Shown here: positions 49,116-59,649 of the stretch, piece by piece
Position numbering within the stretch: the stretch's first letter is position 1
Layout of the letters: every line of letters begins with the position of its first letter
DNA from: Patescibacteria group bacterium
GTDB taxonomy: Bacteria > Patescibacteriota > Dojkabacteria > J137
DNA length: 64,000 nt
Assembly (NCBI GenBank): GCA_016861265.1
Contig: BOLA01000001.1
Location: forward strand, 1,023,745 to 1,087,744
Direction of reading: 5' to 3'
The notes under the pieces: model-generated
The model's input: only the letters and a program-made list of their open reading frames with translations
The model's database searches: none
What the model was told of the DNA's origin: nothing
Translations under genes and position numbers: made by a program

Positions 49116-50579
49116 ATGAAATTTTTACCTCACAAAATTGTCTTTTACCAGTTATATATTTTTCAATTAGAAGAATACGATTCCAAAAGGTTTATAACGG
49201 CATTATCTAAAAAAGGTCTTTTCCCAAGCAATAGTTTAAGAAAAAAAGCAATCTTTACGAAAAAAGCAATTTTACTGGTTGCCTTAAATTTTATTCAAAA
49301 ACTAATCGTTCTTTTTGCTCTTGGTTTTTTACTTCACACAGTTTTCAATAATATATTCATATTAGCTATTACTCTATTAATTATATTTTATATTTTTGAT
49401 ATATTTTCCTTCGTTTTTCTAATACAAGCGAAAGATTTACTTTCTCCGATTGACTACTACACAAAAAAGCAGATGATTAAAAAAGCAAAGGCCAAGCTTT
49501 TATTATTACCTGATTTAAAGATTATCGGTATTACAGGTAGCTATGGTAAGACCACAATGAAGGAAACCTTATACGATTTTCTTAAGGAAGAATATAATGT
49601 GGTTAAAACCGAAGGTAATAATAATACTCCTTTAGGTATTTCCCGTACAATCCTAAACAAGCTTACAAAGAATACAGATATATTTATAGTAGAAATGGGT
49701 GAATACGTAAAAGGTGATGTAAAAGCACTATGCGAGATCGCACAACCCGATATCTCAGTAATAACCGGAATTAATGAAGCACACTTAGAACGTTACCTTA
49801 CAATGGAAAATGCAATTTCTACTAAATTTGAAATTGTAGAGTATGCAAAACCCGAAGCGTTTGTATTACTAAATGCCGATGATCAACTAACAATCGATAA
49901 CTATAAAAAATATATTAAAGGTAATAAGGTTGGGTTCTTTTCATCACATAATAATTCAATGAGCGATTATAAAATCTCAAACTATGAATTTGATCAGAAT
50001 GGAAACGGACAATCCTTCAAATTGAGTTTGGGTCAAGAAGAATTGGGAACCATAAAAACTACAATTTTGGGGGAATACATAATTGGCAACATTATTGCAG
50101 GCTACATCCTTGGTAAGCATTTTAATATCTCGGATAGTAAACTAAAATACGCTGCAAACAATCTAAAGGGTGTAGAACATAGACTCCAGCCAATATATAA
50201 CAATCAAAGCAATATACTTGTTATTGATGATACTTATAACGGGAACTCGGATGGCTTTAAAGAAGGAATAAATATGTTGAATAAATTTAAACAGCGAAGA
50301 AAGGTCTATGTTACACCAGGTCTTGTAGAAACGGGAGATCTGGCTGAACAATTACATCTAGAAATTGGAAAAAACTTATCTAATGTTGCAGACTTAGTAA
50401 TTCTAGTTAAGAATAGTGTTACAGGATTTATTGCAAAAGGTTTGATTGATAATGGTTTCAGCGAAGATAAAATTGTGTGGTATGATAATTCTAAGAACGT
50501 CTGGGAAGAATTAAATAATAATATAAAAAGCGGAGACGTTGTCATGCTTCAAAACGATTGGAGCGATAATTACTATTAA
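49116..50579 (+). CDS. murF: MurF-like ligase with N-terminal TM helices
   Basis: GITGSYGKTT, NNTPLG, EMG, HRL, IDDTYNGN. Confidence 0.85.
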   Translation: MKFLPHKIVFYQLYIFQLEEYDSKRFITALSKKGLFPSNSLRKKAIFTKKAILLVALNFIQKLIVLFALGFLLHTVFNNIFILAITLLIIFYIFDIFSFVFLIQAKDLLSPIDYYTKKQMIKKAKAKLLLLPDLKIIGITGSYGKTTMKETLYDFLKEEYNVVKTEGNNNTPLGISRTILNKLTKNTDIFIVEMGEYVKGDVKALCEIAQPDISVITGINEAHLERYLTMENAISTKFEIVEYAKPEAFVLLNADDQLTIDNYKKYIKGNKVGFFSSHNNSMSDYKISNYEFDQNGNGQSFKLSLGQEELGTIKTTILGEYIIGNIIAGYILGKHFNISDSKLKYAANNLKGVEHRLQPIYNNQSNILVIDDTYNGNSDGFKEGINMLNKFKQRRKVYVTPGLVETGDLAEQLHLEIGKNLSNVADLVILVKNSVTGFIAKGLIDNGFSEDKIVWYDNSKNVWEELNNNIKSGDVVMLQNDWSDNYY

Positions 50580-50586
50580 TAAATTT

Positions 50587-51753
50587 ATGAATATAGCAGT
50601 TTTTTTTGGAGGAAGAAATACAGAACACGATGTTTCAATCATTACGGGAGAGCTAGTAATATCCGGACTAAAAGGCCTGGGACATACAGTCTATCCTGTT
50701 TACATATCCAAGGAGGGTAAGTGGTATATCTCCGAGAAAATGGATAATGTAGAATTCTTTAAGAATCCAAATCTAAAACTTGAAGGCGAAGTAAATTTAA
50801 ATTTATCGCAAAATCTAAATGGATCAGTTGTTCTTAAGACAGGGGGATTATTTAATTCAAAGCAATATGTAATAGATTTAGCTTTCCCCGCACTTCACGG
50901 TAAAAATGGTGAAGATGGTACAATTCAAGGTTTGTTTGAATTGTTGAATATTCCCTATGTTGGTTGTGATGTTGTTTCCAGTGCAATTTCAATGGATAAG
51001 GCTTTAACAAAACTGTTCTATCAAAGATTTAACTTTCCAACAACTAAATTTGTTACTCTAGACACAAATATCTGGGAAAAAGAAAAAGATTTAGTCCTAA
51101 AAGATATTAAAACAAATTTAACATGGCCAGTATTTGTTAAACCAGCTAGACTGGGTTCTTCTATAGGCATGACAAAAGTTAAGTCAGAGGACGATCTTGA
51201 ATTTGCTATAGAAGTCGCTCTTCATTACGATACAAAAGTATTAGTTGAAGAAAGCGTTGAGGATTTAATGGATATTACAGTTGCCTTAATAGGTAACGAA
51301 GAACCTACATATTCACTTATACAGGAATCTGCTTATTCAAAGGACTTCTTTTCCTATGAGGATAAATATTTGAACGAAGGTGGTGCTCAATTAGGAAATG
51401 CAGAAAAAAGCATTGTAATTCCCGCTAGGTTAGACGAAAAGACAACAAAGGAGATACAAGAAATGGCTAAGGAAATTTATAAGTTATTAGGGCTGTCTGG
51501 AATTGCAAGAGTTGATTTTCTCTACAGCAAAACCTATAAAAAGTTCTATGCCAACGAGGTTAATACCATGCCAGGAACAATATATCATCACTTATGGAAG
51601 AAAAGTGGAGTTGAACTTCCAGAGCTATTAAAAACATTAGTAGACTTAGCAATTTCAAAAAAACAAAAGGAAAATAAGCTCACTTTCACATTTGAATCTG
51701 CTATTCTAAAGAAGGCTAATTCAAACAAACTACAGCTAAAAGGACAAAATTAA
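50587..51753 (+). CDS. ddl: D-Ala-D-Ala ligase
   Basis: GGRNTEHDVS, HGKNGEDG, KPARLGSSIG, RVDF, NEVNTMPG. Confidence 0.93.
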   Translation: MNIAVFFGGRNTEHDVSIITGELVISGLKGLGHTVYPVYISKEGKWYISEKMDNVEFFKNPNLKLEGEVNLNLSQNLNGSVVLKTGGLFNSKQYVIDLAFPALHGKNGEDGTIQGLFELLNIPYVGCDVVSSAISMDKALTKLFYQRFNFPTTKFVTLDTNIWEKEKDLVLKDIKTNLTWPVFVKPARLGSSIGMTKVKSEDDLEFAIEVALHYDTKVLVEESVEDLMDITVALIGNEEPTYSLIQESAYSKDFFSYEDKYLNEGGAQLGNAEKSIVIPARLDEKTTKEIQEMAKEIYKLLGLSGIARVDFLYSKTYKKFYANEVNTMPGTIYHHLWKKSGVELPELLKTLVDLAISKKQKENKLTFTFESAILKKANSNKLQLKGQN

Positions 51754-51819
51754 TCTAAATCCTTGCATTCTTTGTACACTTAAATATACTAGATATTAGT
51801 ATTATTTATTTATATACCT

Positions 51820-53610
51820 ATGCAAAGATTGTTAGAAAAGATTAATGCCCATCCAAGGGCTACACTTATTGCGGTCGGAACAACTGTTTTCGGAGCCGCC
51901 GCATTAGTTATTTTACTTATGTTCCTTTCGTTAAGAGAGAGTGTTGTTAACCCCACTGTAACTCCAGAAGAGGAAAAAATGGTTTTATCCGAGGTTATAA
52001 AGAACAATCCAAGTGGAGTTATTAATAATCCAGGTAATTCAAGCACACCGATGCCTTCACCTAACCCTACACCTGTGCCAACACCAAACCCTACACCAGG
52101 TGTAGTGAATCCGAATCCTGAGACTCCTCAGCCAGAACAACCAGTGGCCCCAAATATAAATGAGTATAACTATAGAGTTACTAGGGTTACTAACCAAAGA
52201 GGTCCATCCTTTGATGCATGCCAAATGTATTATGGCGGAGGTTATGGTTATGGACCGGATGTAACAGAAAGCGATTCAGTATCTGAATATTATGAATATT
52301 TTGAAAGATACGTGAGCATTTATAAGAATCAAACAAAAGAAGATAATAAATTATCCTCTTACTACTTAAGCAAGTATGGAAGAAATGTTAATTCAACAAC
52401 ATATTACCTAGGAGGTAGTTATGCTGTAGAGAATTCTTATAAACCGTATGATCAATTTGATAATCAGCAAGACACTCAAGTTGTCTCTTACCCTACTTAT
52501 ACTGCTGACGAATATATTAAGTTATATTTTGGTTCCAATGCATCTGTTACAGGTGTTGAAACTGATTCAAATGGAGTTAAACACTATACAATAAGAAGCA
52601 GTTATACTTCTTATTGTGATCCGTCTTACGAGCAATACCTAGTTAGTGATGTAGTTCCACCGGCTTTAAGAACTATTTATTCAGTTTATAGAGTTAACGG
52701 TCAAACCTTCTCAATAGAACAAATAAAGACTTACATTGATGAAGTAAAAGATGCGAATTTAATTAAGGTATCAACTACAGAATCAACAAGATCTAAGGTA
52801 ACTTACACTCAAGTAGAGGCTCAGTTTAGGATTGCTTCTAATGTTCCGATAACAAAAAATGATTATAGTCATATTACATATAACTACGATCCTCTAAAAT
52901 CAATTAGGGATAATCTAACGTATCTTGCCATGATAAATGACGATATTTTATTACCATCTTCTACAGAAGGCCTTACAAATTTATGGGTAGATGGTTATGT
53001 GGATGCTAATTATGTAAATTCCACAGAATTCTATCAGGATAGAGACTTTTTCCCTGACTCTGACTGGGGAGATGAATTATATGCAAGATATAATACATCT
53101 GCTAATTATGTTAATAAGACATTGTATTCGATATCAATAACTCCTGAGTATGGTAAATACTACTCTATTTCTGCATATAAAGATGATCAACTATTTGATG
53201 ATATTATTTCAGAATTAATGAAGGGTACTGCTACTTCTAAGAGTATTGAAGATATTACAATAAATGTATCGGGTTTACCTGTAGAAGGTAAGAAGATTTC
53301 TAAAGTATTTACATATAAATTCCCAACATCCTACGGTGTATCTTACCCTGTATCTTATAGCTCAGATTCAAATACTAATTATTTTACTAACTATGTATTT
53401 GAGTACAATGGGAGAGTTTATGGCGTAAGCTACTATAGTTACAACCAACAAATGGATTTAGATATGAATGAATATAGTATTTATCCACTAACAACAGAAC
53501 TTGAAGCAGAAACAATGAGGAATTTGTTAACAGATATGTGGTCTAGGTATTTACAAATAGTAAATCCTGTTAGCTACCCTACGAGTTTTCCAGTAAGTTA
53601 TTCTTACTAA
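51820..53610 (+). CDS. Membrane-anchored Tyr-rich surface protein with a Pro-rich linker
   Basis: N-terminal TM helix, PSPNPTPVPTPNPTP linker, repeated VSY motifs. Confidence 0.75.
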   Translation: MQRLLEKINAHPRATLIAVGTTVFGAAALVILLMFLSLRESVVNPTVTPEEEKMVLSEVIKNNPSGVINNPGNSSTPMPSPNPTPVPTPNPTPGVVNPNPETPQPEQPVAPNINEYNYRVTRVTNQRGPSFDACQMYYGGGYGYGPDVTESDSVSEYYEYFERYVSIYKNQTKEDNKLSSYYLSKYGRNVNSTTYYLGGSYAVENSYKPYDQFDNQQDTQVVSYPTYTADEYIKLYFGSNASVTGVETDSNGVKHYTIRSSYTSYCDPSYEQYLVSDVVPPALRTIYSVYRVNGQTFSIEQIKTYIDEVKDANLIKVSTTESTRSKVTYTQVEAQFRIASNVPITKNDYSHITYNYDPLKSIRDNLTYLAMINDDILLPSSTEGLTNLWVDGYVDANYVNSTEFYQDRDFFPDSDWGDELYARYNTSANYVNKTLYSISITPEYGKYYSISAYKDDQLFDDIISELMKGTATSKSIEDITINVSGLPVEGKKISKVFTYKFPTSYGVSYPVSYSSDSNTNYFTNYVFEYNGRVYGVSYYSYNQQMDLDMNEYSIYPLTTELEAETMRNLLTDMWSRYLQIVNPVSYPTSFPVSYSY

Positions 53611-53628
53611 TTAAATAGCACGTAATAC

Positions 53629-53659
53629 AGCGGGCCTCGTAAAGAGGCCCGCTTTGTTT
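53629..53659. terminator. Terminator hairpin between convergent genes
   Basis: AGCGGGCCTC-GTAAA-GAGGCCCGCT followed by TTGTTT. Confidence 0.8.
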
Positions 53660-53673
53660 GTTATATTATTTTA

Positions 53674-54573
53674 TTATCTTTCTAGTTCTGTAACTATATC
53701 TCTTAATTCTGCAGCCTTCTCAAATTCCAGCATATCTGCAAATAGCTGCATTTGGAATTTTATTTCTTTTAAGAGCTTCTTCTGATCCGATTTACTCATT
53801 GCTCTAAATCCTTCAGCTTTTTTAACAATATCTTGTTCTTTTTCCTCATCGGACATATTTTCATTAGATTGTTCTGAGAATGCCGAAAGCTGATCTTTTA
53901 TTTCTTTGACTATAGTTCTAGGAGTTATTCCATGAGCCTTATTAAACTCATCTTGTATTTTTCGTCTTCTACGTGTCTCTTCAATCGCGAATTGCATCGA
54001 ATCTGTGATCTTATCGGCATACATTATTACTCGACCTTCCTGGTGCCTTGCAGCTCTACCAATAACCTGAATTAAGCTGGTCCTTGACCTTAGAAAACCT
54101 TCTTTGTCTGCATCTAAAATTGCTACTAAGGATACCTCCGGTAAGTCTAATCCTTCCCTTAATAAGTTTATGCCAACTAATACATCGTAAACTCCTAGTC
54201 TTAAGTCTTTTAGAATTCGCACTCTTTCCATTGAATCGATGTCGGAGTGTAGGTACTTAGCCTTAATTCCCTTCTCAGTTAAGTAATCGGAAAGCTCCTC
54301 GGACATTCTTTTTGTTAGTGTTGTAACTAGTACTCTTTGTTTCTTTTCTACTGTTTTATCAATTTCATCTATTAGATTAGGTACTTGAGGTTGTGACCAA
54401 GAAGATTCATTCAATATTGGCATCTCAGTAAAACCCTTTTCTATAAGGTTTTTCTTTAGGTTCTCGAAGGTTTCAGGTAACGATGGTCTTACTTCTACTA
54501 TAGGATCCAAAAGACCTGTCGGTCTAATTATTTGGTAGACAATTCCATTGTAGTCTTTTGGTAGTGTACTCAT
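53674..54573 (-). CDS. uvrB: UvrB C-terminal half only (second helicase domain plus UVR domain)
   Basis: [59 protein letters not shown]. No N-terminal half upstream; in-frame TAG at 54601-54603. Confidence 0.88.
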   Translation of the reverse strand: MSTLPKDYNGIVYQIIRPTGLLDPIVEVRPSLPETFENLKKNLIEKGFTEMPILNESSWSQPQVPNLIDEIDKTVEKKQRVLVTTLTKRMSEELSDYLTEKGIKAKYLHSDIDSMERVRILKDLRLGVYDVLVGINLLREGLDLPEVSLVAILDADKEGFLRSRTSLIQVIGRAARHQEGRVIMYADKITDSMQFAIEETRRRRKIQDEFNKAHGITPRTIVKEIKDQLSAFSEQSNENMSDEEKEQDIVKKAEGFRAMSKSDQKKLLKEIKFQMQLFADMLEFEKAAELRDIVTELER

Positions 54574-54615
54574 GCCTAATTTTAACATTAAATGTCTACC
54601 CTAATAGGTATACTG

Positions 54616-55170
54616 TTAACGTTTTTTGTTAGATTTTTTACTTTCAATATCTTTAAATACTCTGCTGCCAACAGTATCTTTTTGTCCTTGATATTTACCT
54701 ACATAAGGACTCTCGGCATGGTCATCCATAAAACAGAATACAAACTGACAAATTCGTCTATTTTTCTCTAAGATTATTGGAAGAGAATTAGCATTGTAAA
54801 GTTCCAATGTAACCTTTCCCTTAAAACCTGGATCTACCCAACCTGCATTTTGAATAAACAGGCCCATTCTACCTATTGAACTTCTTCCTTCAACAAATGC
54901 GGTAATGTTATCCGGTAATTCAATATACTCTACTGTTGTAGCTAGTATAAAACTATGAGCGGGTATTGTTATGGAGTCCTTAACTACTTTTCTGTAAATA
55001 ATTTCATCACTCATACTAATTGCACTCATAGCAGAGCTGTCAATTTCTAAGAATGTATCTCCTAACCTACAATCAATAGATGCTGGTTGAATTGATTGTT
55101 CGTTTATTGGATCTACAACTAAGTCACCTGATTTTATGAGTTTCTTTAAAGTTTTATCTGAAATAATCAT
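54616..55170 (-). CDS. dcd: dCTP deaminase
   Basis: QPASID, EGRSSIGR, AGWVDPGFKG. Confidence 0.95.
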   Translation of the reverse strand: MIISDKTLKKLIKSGDLVVDPINEQSIQPASIDCRLGDTFLEIDSSAMSAISMSDEIIYRKVVKDSITIPAHSFILATTVEYIELPDNITAFVEGRSSIGRMGLFIQNAGWVDPGFKGKVTLELYNANSLPIILEKNRRICQFVFCFMDDHAESPYVGKYQGQKDTVGSRVFKDIESKKSNKKR

Positions 55171-55186
55171 ACTAAACAAATAATAA

Positions 55187-56971
55187 TTATGTTCTATCCC
55201 TGAATGCTACCGGATCGTTGTAATCGAATTCAGCAATTTGAGCATACAGTCCTGCCAAGGAAGGATCGGTTTCTAGGGTATCAATCATTTTTGCAACAAT
55301 GTCGGCGTTTGATTGATCGTTGCCCGGTGTGCTTCTCTGATCAAGAAAATAATCTAAATGTGCAGGTGAAGCACTTAGGTGCATTCGGGTATTATGCCCT
55401 AAAGGCAGTAATTTTCGTATTAAATGCAAATCGGTATTAGGAAATCTCTGTCTTAGGAAGTTATAAAAATCCATGACTCTTGTATAGTAAATATTGGCAT
55501 CTGCGGCCCATTCTGCCCTAAGATGCTGTAATCCTGTAGTTTCAACTATCTTAGAACTCATATTAAATCCTTCACTAATCATAGCTTCGTAGTCTACCTG
55601 ACCGTCGTGTGCATAATCAATTTGAGAAAGGAATGCTATATCTTGTCTTCCAAATGTTCTATGTCTGTTTAAATCTCTTAATTGTGCAATAGCTGTATTC
55701 AAAACAAATATTCTATCGCCTCTAATATCACCTAGATTCCCCATTTTCTCGTGTCTAGTGTGGCCTTTAAATACAATAATACTAAGAGCTCTAATTTGAT
55801 TAGCGTCCAGACAACCTAACCATTCCAAAACTACTTCTTCAGTTAGTCTAGGGTATGCTACTAGTATATATTGCATTATGGTTAATATTCCTACCGAAGT
55901 TTTATCTATTACGCTTACTTGAGTTTCTCTTACATAGTATGCAGGACCCATTTTGGTACTTTCAAGTAGATCGCTAAAGCCAGGCATTTCAATTATGGCA
56001 GTCTTTAGTTCAGCGATATTTTCCCTGATCCTAAAGGTAGGTTCGGTGTGCTTAATTAGTGGTTCAAGATTAGCATTTACATCTTTTCCTTCTTCGGTGT
56101 TGCTTAGAGATAGTGCTGCTTTTATTTGTTTTGCTAATTCAATGTACTCTTCTTCTCCAGTTTCTTGAAGAATCTTAATATAGTTATTCCATATTCTTAA
56201 ATTACCAAGTAAACACATTGAAGTTGTTGCCCCCATAGGAATCCAGCTTCGAACAACATCAAGTATTCTTGCTTTTAAAGTGCTATCTTCAATTGGACTA
56301 TCACCTTCCTCGAATTGAGCTTTGTAACCTTCTTCAATTAGTGCATACCACTTCTTATAATTATTTTCGGCTAATTGAAGAATGTCTAACCATTCCTGTT
56401 GAATATGCTCTAAGTCTTCTCTTGCCTCTTGGGGAATTGCAGATAAATCTAAAAAGCCTTCAATTTTAGGGAAATTCATTCTGGAAAACTTTACATATCT
56501 ACTTGAGCTTTCCTGGCCGTCTCCATACCATAATCTATTAAATATCCAGTATGCCTGTTCCAAGGGAATATTATTAAAGAACAGGAATACAGGAATCATT
56601 CCTAGTATTGACTGATGTCCGTAATTTAATCCAAATTCCTTAATCTTTTCAGCAGCAGCTGCAGGATCCATTTTTACAAGCTCTAAAACTTCATCAAATA
56701 TTTCTTCGTATGATTTTCTAGTTCTAGAAGTTCTAGCACCCGACCAAGCGGAGAAAATATGTTTATCTATACCTCCTTCGGACTTAGGTTCGCTAAAAGG
56801 GAAAAAAGATACAATCGGTTTTGTGTCGTCTGGTTCACCATCTTGATCTATTCGTTTGACTTGATATAAAAGGTTTCTTTCTTCGCCATCTATATTTCGT
56901 GTTACAACATCAATTGCATAAGGGTACTCTTGTGGAGTTTGTTCATCGAGAGTTAAGACCTTGTCGGCCAT
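55187..56971 (-). CDS. thyX: Tandem-domain FAD-dependent thymidylate synthase (ThyX-like)
   Basis: YGHQSI, QESSSRYV, DVVRSWIP and LRDLNRHR; adjacent to dcd. Confidence 0.8.
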   Translation of the reverse strand: MADKVLTLDEQTPQEYPYAIDVVTRNIDGEERNLLYQVKRIDQDGEPDDTKPIVSFFPFSEPKSEGGIDKHIFSAWSGARTSRTRKSYEEIFDEVLELVKMDPAAAAEKIKEFGLNYGHQSILGMIPVFLFFNNIPLEQAYWIFNRLWYGDGQESSSRYVKFSRMNFPKIEGFLDLSAIPQEAREDLEHIQQEWLDILQLAENNYKKWYALIEEGYKAQFEEGDSPIEDSTLKARILDVVRSWIPMGATTSMCLLGNLRIWNNYIKILQETGEEEYIELAKQIKAALSLSNTEEGKDVNANLEPLIKHTEPTFRIRENIAELKTAIIEMPGFSDLLESTKMGPAYYVRETQVSVIDKTSVGILTIMQYILVAYPRLTEEVVLEWLGCLDANQIRALSIIVFKGHTRHEKMGNLGDIRGDRIFVLNTAIAQLRDLNRHRTFGRQDIAFLSQIDYAHDGQVDYEAMISEGFNMSSKIVETTGLQHLRAEWAADANIYYTRVMDFYNFLRQRFPNTDLHLIRKLLPLGHNTRMHLSASPAHLDYFLDQRSTPGNDQSNADIVAKMIDTLETDPSLAGLYAQIAEFDYNDPVAFRDRT

Positions 56972-57110
56972 AGCTTGGAAGAATAAAAGGTATCTGACTA
57001 TTCTAAAGCTCAAATTTAAAAACTGTCAAATTATTCCGGAATGTTTTTACAAAATGCTTGCTTGTAAAGTAAAATGAATATGTAGGTATTTTACTTGTTA
57101 GTTTCTTACT

Positions 57111-57461
57111 ATGAAGTACCTGTTTGTAGCTCCATCGTTAACTCCACCAACATACGAAACCTTCGAGCAGCAAGTTTATAAATCATTCTCTAAAGTTGAT
57201 AAACTCATGTCAAATGAGGAAGCCACACTTAGAGTATCTGTTTCTAAAGAAGGGGAAGAATTTTGCGTTACTGCCGAATTATGGAATTCTGAGAATCTAT
57301 TGTCAAAAGAAAAGAACCGGGATTTAAGGGCAGCGGTAGATGTTGTTTCTAAGGAAATTAAAAATCAACTCTTAAAAAAGAAAGATAAAAAAGGTCTTAG
57401 AAAAATGAATGAAAAAATAAAAGATTTAAGAAACAAGCTGCTTAGTAGAAATGTGGAATAA
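57111..57461 (+). CDS. Ribosome hibernation factor HPF/RaiA-like
   Basis: Size and the FSKVDKL...DLRAAVDVVSKEIKNQLLKKK pattern. Confidence 0.65.
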   Translation: MKYLFVAPSLTPPTYETFEQQVYKSFSKVDKLMSNEEATLRVSVSKEGEEFCVTAELWNSENLLSKEKNRDLRAAVDVVSKEIKNQLLKKKDKKGLRKMNEKIKDLRNKLLSRNVE

Positions 57462-57532
57462 ACTCTTGTGTAGCCAAGGGAATTCTATTAAAATCAGTGT
57501 AGTCTAAATAATTTACATTTTAAAAAGATACC

Positions 57533-57952
57533 ATGAAAAGACTAGCAAGCAAGGCTATTGCAGCTGGAGCGACTATTGTAGGTTCCTCTATTGCATTTGC
57601 AACAACAGTTGCAGCACAAACTTACTCATATGACTACACACCATACACAACATACAGTGCAGGTGATGCAGCAGCCGGTGGATTATTCGCCACATTCGGA
57701 ATTGCTCTGTATTGCTGTATTGCATGCGTACCACTAGTTATATTAGTTGCCTTGGCTTACTATGTATACAAAGATGCTCAGAAGAACAATGTTGAAAACG
57801 CAGCACTGTGGGCTGTATTAACATTCTTTACAGGATTAATCGGATTATTAATCTACTTCTTAGCAATTAGACCAGATGCTATTAAGAAAATGGAATCAAA
57901 AGGTGTAACACACTCTGAACCAGTAAAAGTAGAAGAACCAAAAGCTGAATAA
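57533..57952 (+). CDS. Membrane protein with a PLDc_N-like domain
   Basis: YVYKDA...ALWAVLTFFTGLIGLLIYFL. Confidence 0.75.
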   Translation: MKRLASKAIAAGATIVGSSIAFATTVAAQTYSYDYTPYTTYSAGDAAAGGLFATFGIALYCCIACVPLVILVALAYYVYKDAQKNNVENAALWAVLTFFTGLIGLLIYFLAIRPDAIKKMESKGVTHSEPVKVEEPKAE

Positions 57953-57965
57953 TTTTTCAGATATT

Positions 57966-57993
57966 AAAAAGCCCCTCTTAGGAGGGGCTTTTT
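57966..57993. terminator. Bidirectional intrinsic terminator
   Basis: AAAAAGCCCCTC-TTAG-GAGGGGCTTTTT. Confidence 0.9.
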
Positions 57994-58004
57994 GTTTTCT
58001 TATA

Positions 58005-58550
58005 TTAGTAACCCGCCTGTTTAAAAAATTCAATTAAATTACTAATATGCTCGTTTATAGGAATGTTTATCATTTGTGTACCATTTGTAATATCTTCCCT
58101 ACTTACATTCGCAGCAAACCGCTTATCCTTTAATCTTTTACTTACAGAGCTGGCTTGCATATCGCTTAGTCCATTTGGTCGAATTAGGCTTACTGCATTA
58201 ATAAAACCAGATAGCTCGTCGCAGGCAAATAAGAATTTTTCGATTTGGCTTTCAGGGGTTTTTCCCGTTCTGCTGGTTGCATGAGCTTTGACAGCTTCGA
58301 TTACAGCATTTGAATAGTTCTTTTGAGGTAGAATATTAGTTACCGCATAATTTGGATGTTCGTCAGGATATTTTTCCCAGTCAATATCATGAACCATGCC
58401 TGCTGACCACCATTCCTCAATTTCATCGGCTGGTAAATTCAACTTTCTGGCATATCCTTCCATTGCTACTGCAACCATTTCGCAATGTCTATATAATGCT
58501 TCGTTTTTAATATATTCCTTTACTAGATCAATTGTTTCCTGTCTTGTCAT
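58005..58550 (-). CDS. HDIG-domain metal-dependent hydrolase
   Basis: RHC, HDID, CDELSG, KDKRFAANVSR. Confidence 0.88.
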   Translation of the reverse strand: MTRQETIDLVKEYIKNEALYRHCEMVAVAMEGYARKLNLPADEIEEWWSAGMVHDIDWEKYPDEHPNYAVTNILPQKNYSNAVIEAVKAHATSRTGKTPESQIEKFLFACDELSGFINAVSLIRPNGLSDMQASSVSKRLKDKRFAANVSREDITNGTQMINIPINEHISNLIEFFKQAGY

Positions 58551-58566
58551 ATTTTTATTATAAAAT

Positions 58567-59649
58567 TTAGAAAGGTTCAGAATATAAAATAAATCCGTTT
58601 AATCCGTAGCTTTTTGCTAGGTCTTTTAAACTAGATATTTGTGTTAGGCTTGGGTAAACAAGGTAGTTGATATTACCATTTAATAGCAATTGTCCCAAAT
58701 TTTCTCCATTGTCTAAGTTTCTAACAAGTTTAAAATCAGTACTGCTTAAATATTGATTGAGTTCATTTTCCCCAATAATAATTACTTGTTGCGAGTCTAA
58801 TACATAGTTATACAAGTACTGAGAAGCAAATGATCTGTTAGCCCACATATATGCCCTATTATTTATTACCAAGTCTATTTTTAATCTGCTTAAACCTTTA
58901 GAAATATAATACTTAATTGAGTCTCTAGTAAGTTCTGGGATTGTTATAGGACCAGCACTAGATGAATTTACAGAAGTATAGCCATATGCACTAATTCTAA
59001 CTTTATTGCATAGATTATTAAGAATTTCTATTGATGCACTAGATTTATAAAATCTTGAAACTGAGTCTAAATATGTATAATCCATATTATCCGACCATTT
59101 TAGTGGTAATCCAATATTAATTCTAAGATTTGTAGGGTTTAGATTCGATAGAATAGTTTTCACTACATCTTCAATATTTTTTACTTTATTTACAATACTT
59201 ACATCTATGTCAATTTCGGTAAGATTTTCCTGTTTTACCTTTGAAGTTATTAGACTAATTATTGCTGAGTCTTCAAGATCCGCAGAATTAATATCGGTGT
59301 AGAACATTGGTACAATAACTGGCTTTGCATCTTGGGTATAATTTTCAAGAATTGTATTATCGGTAATTTTGTATGCAGGTTGAATTATGACTTGTGATTG
59401 GGTATCTGAATTACTATTAAAAGTACTCTCACTAAAGTTGGGGTTATCCTGAGGTTTTATTAATGAATCCAGCGTTAGACTTTCAGCTTGAATTTTGCTT
59501 ATCGAGTTGTCGTTAACATCTACTCTTACATCAACATAATTAATCTCTTCTTTAAATCGAAGGTTATAAAGGTAGTAAATTAATACTCCTAAAGCAGTTA
59601 TGGTGAGTAGTTGAAATAGTATTATTGTTGTTAAGGCCTTTTTAAGCAT
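58567..59649 (-). CDS. Membrane-anchored degenerate GH18-like protein
   Basis: EIDIDVS in place of DxDxE, plus ISAYGY, AGPI and LAKSYGLNGFILY. Confidence 0.55.
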   Translation of the reverse strand: MLKKALTTIILFQLLTITALGVLIYYLYNLRFKEEINYVDVRVDVNDNSISKIQAESLTLDSLIKPQDNPNFSESTFNSNSDTQSQVIIQPAYKITDNTILENYTQDAKPVIVPMFYTDINSADLEDSAIISLITSKVKQENLTEIDIDVSIVNKVKNIEDVVKTILSNLNPTNLRINIGLPLKWSDNMDYTYLDSVSRFYKSSASIEILNNLCNKVRISAYGYTSVNSSSAGPITIPELTRDSIKYYISKGLSRLKIDLVINNRAYMWANRSFASQYLYNYVLDSQQVIIIGENELNQYLSSTDFKLVRNLDNGENLGQLLLNGNINYLVYPSLTQISSLKDLAKSYGLNGFILYSEPF

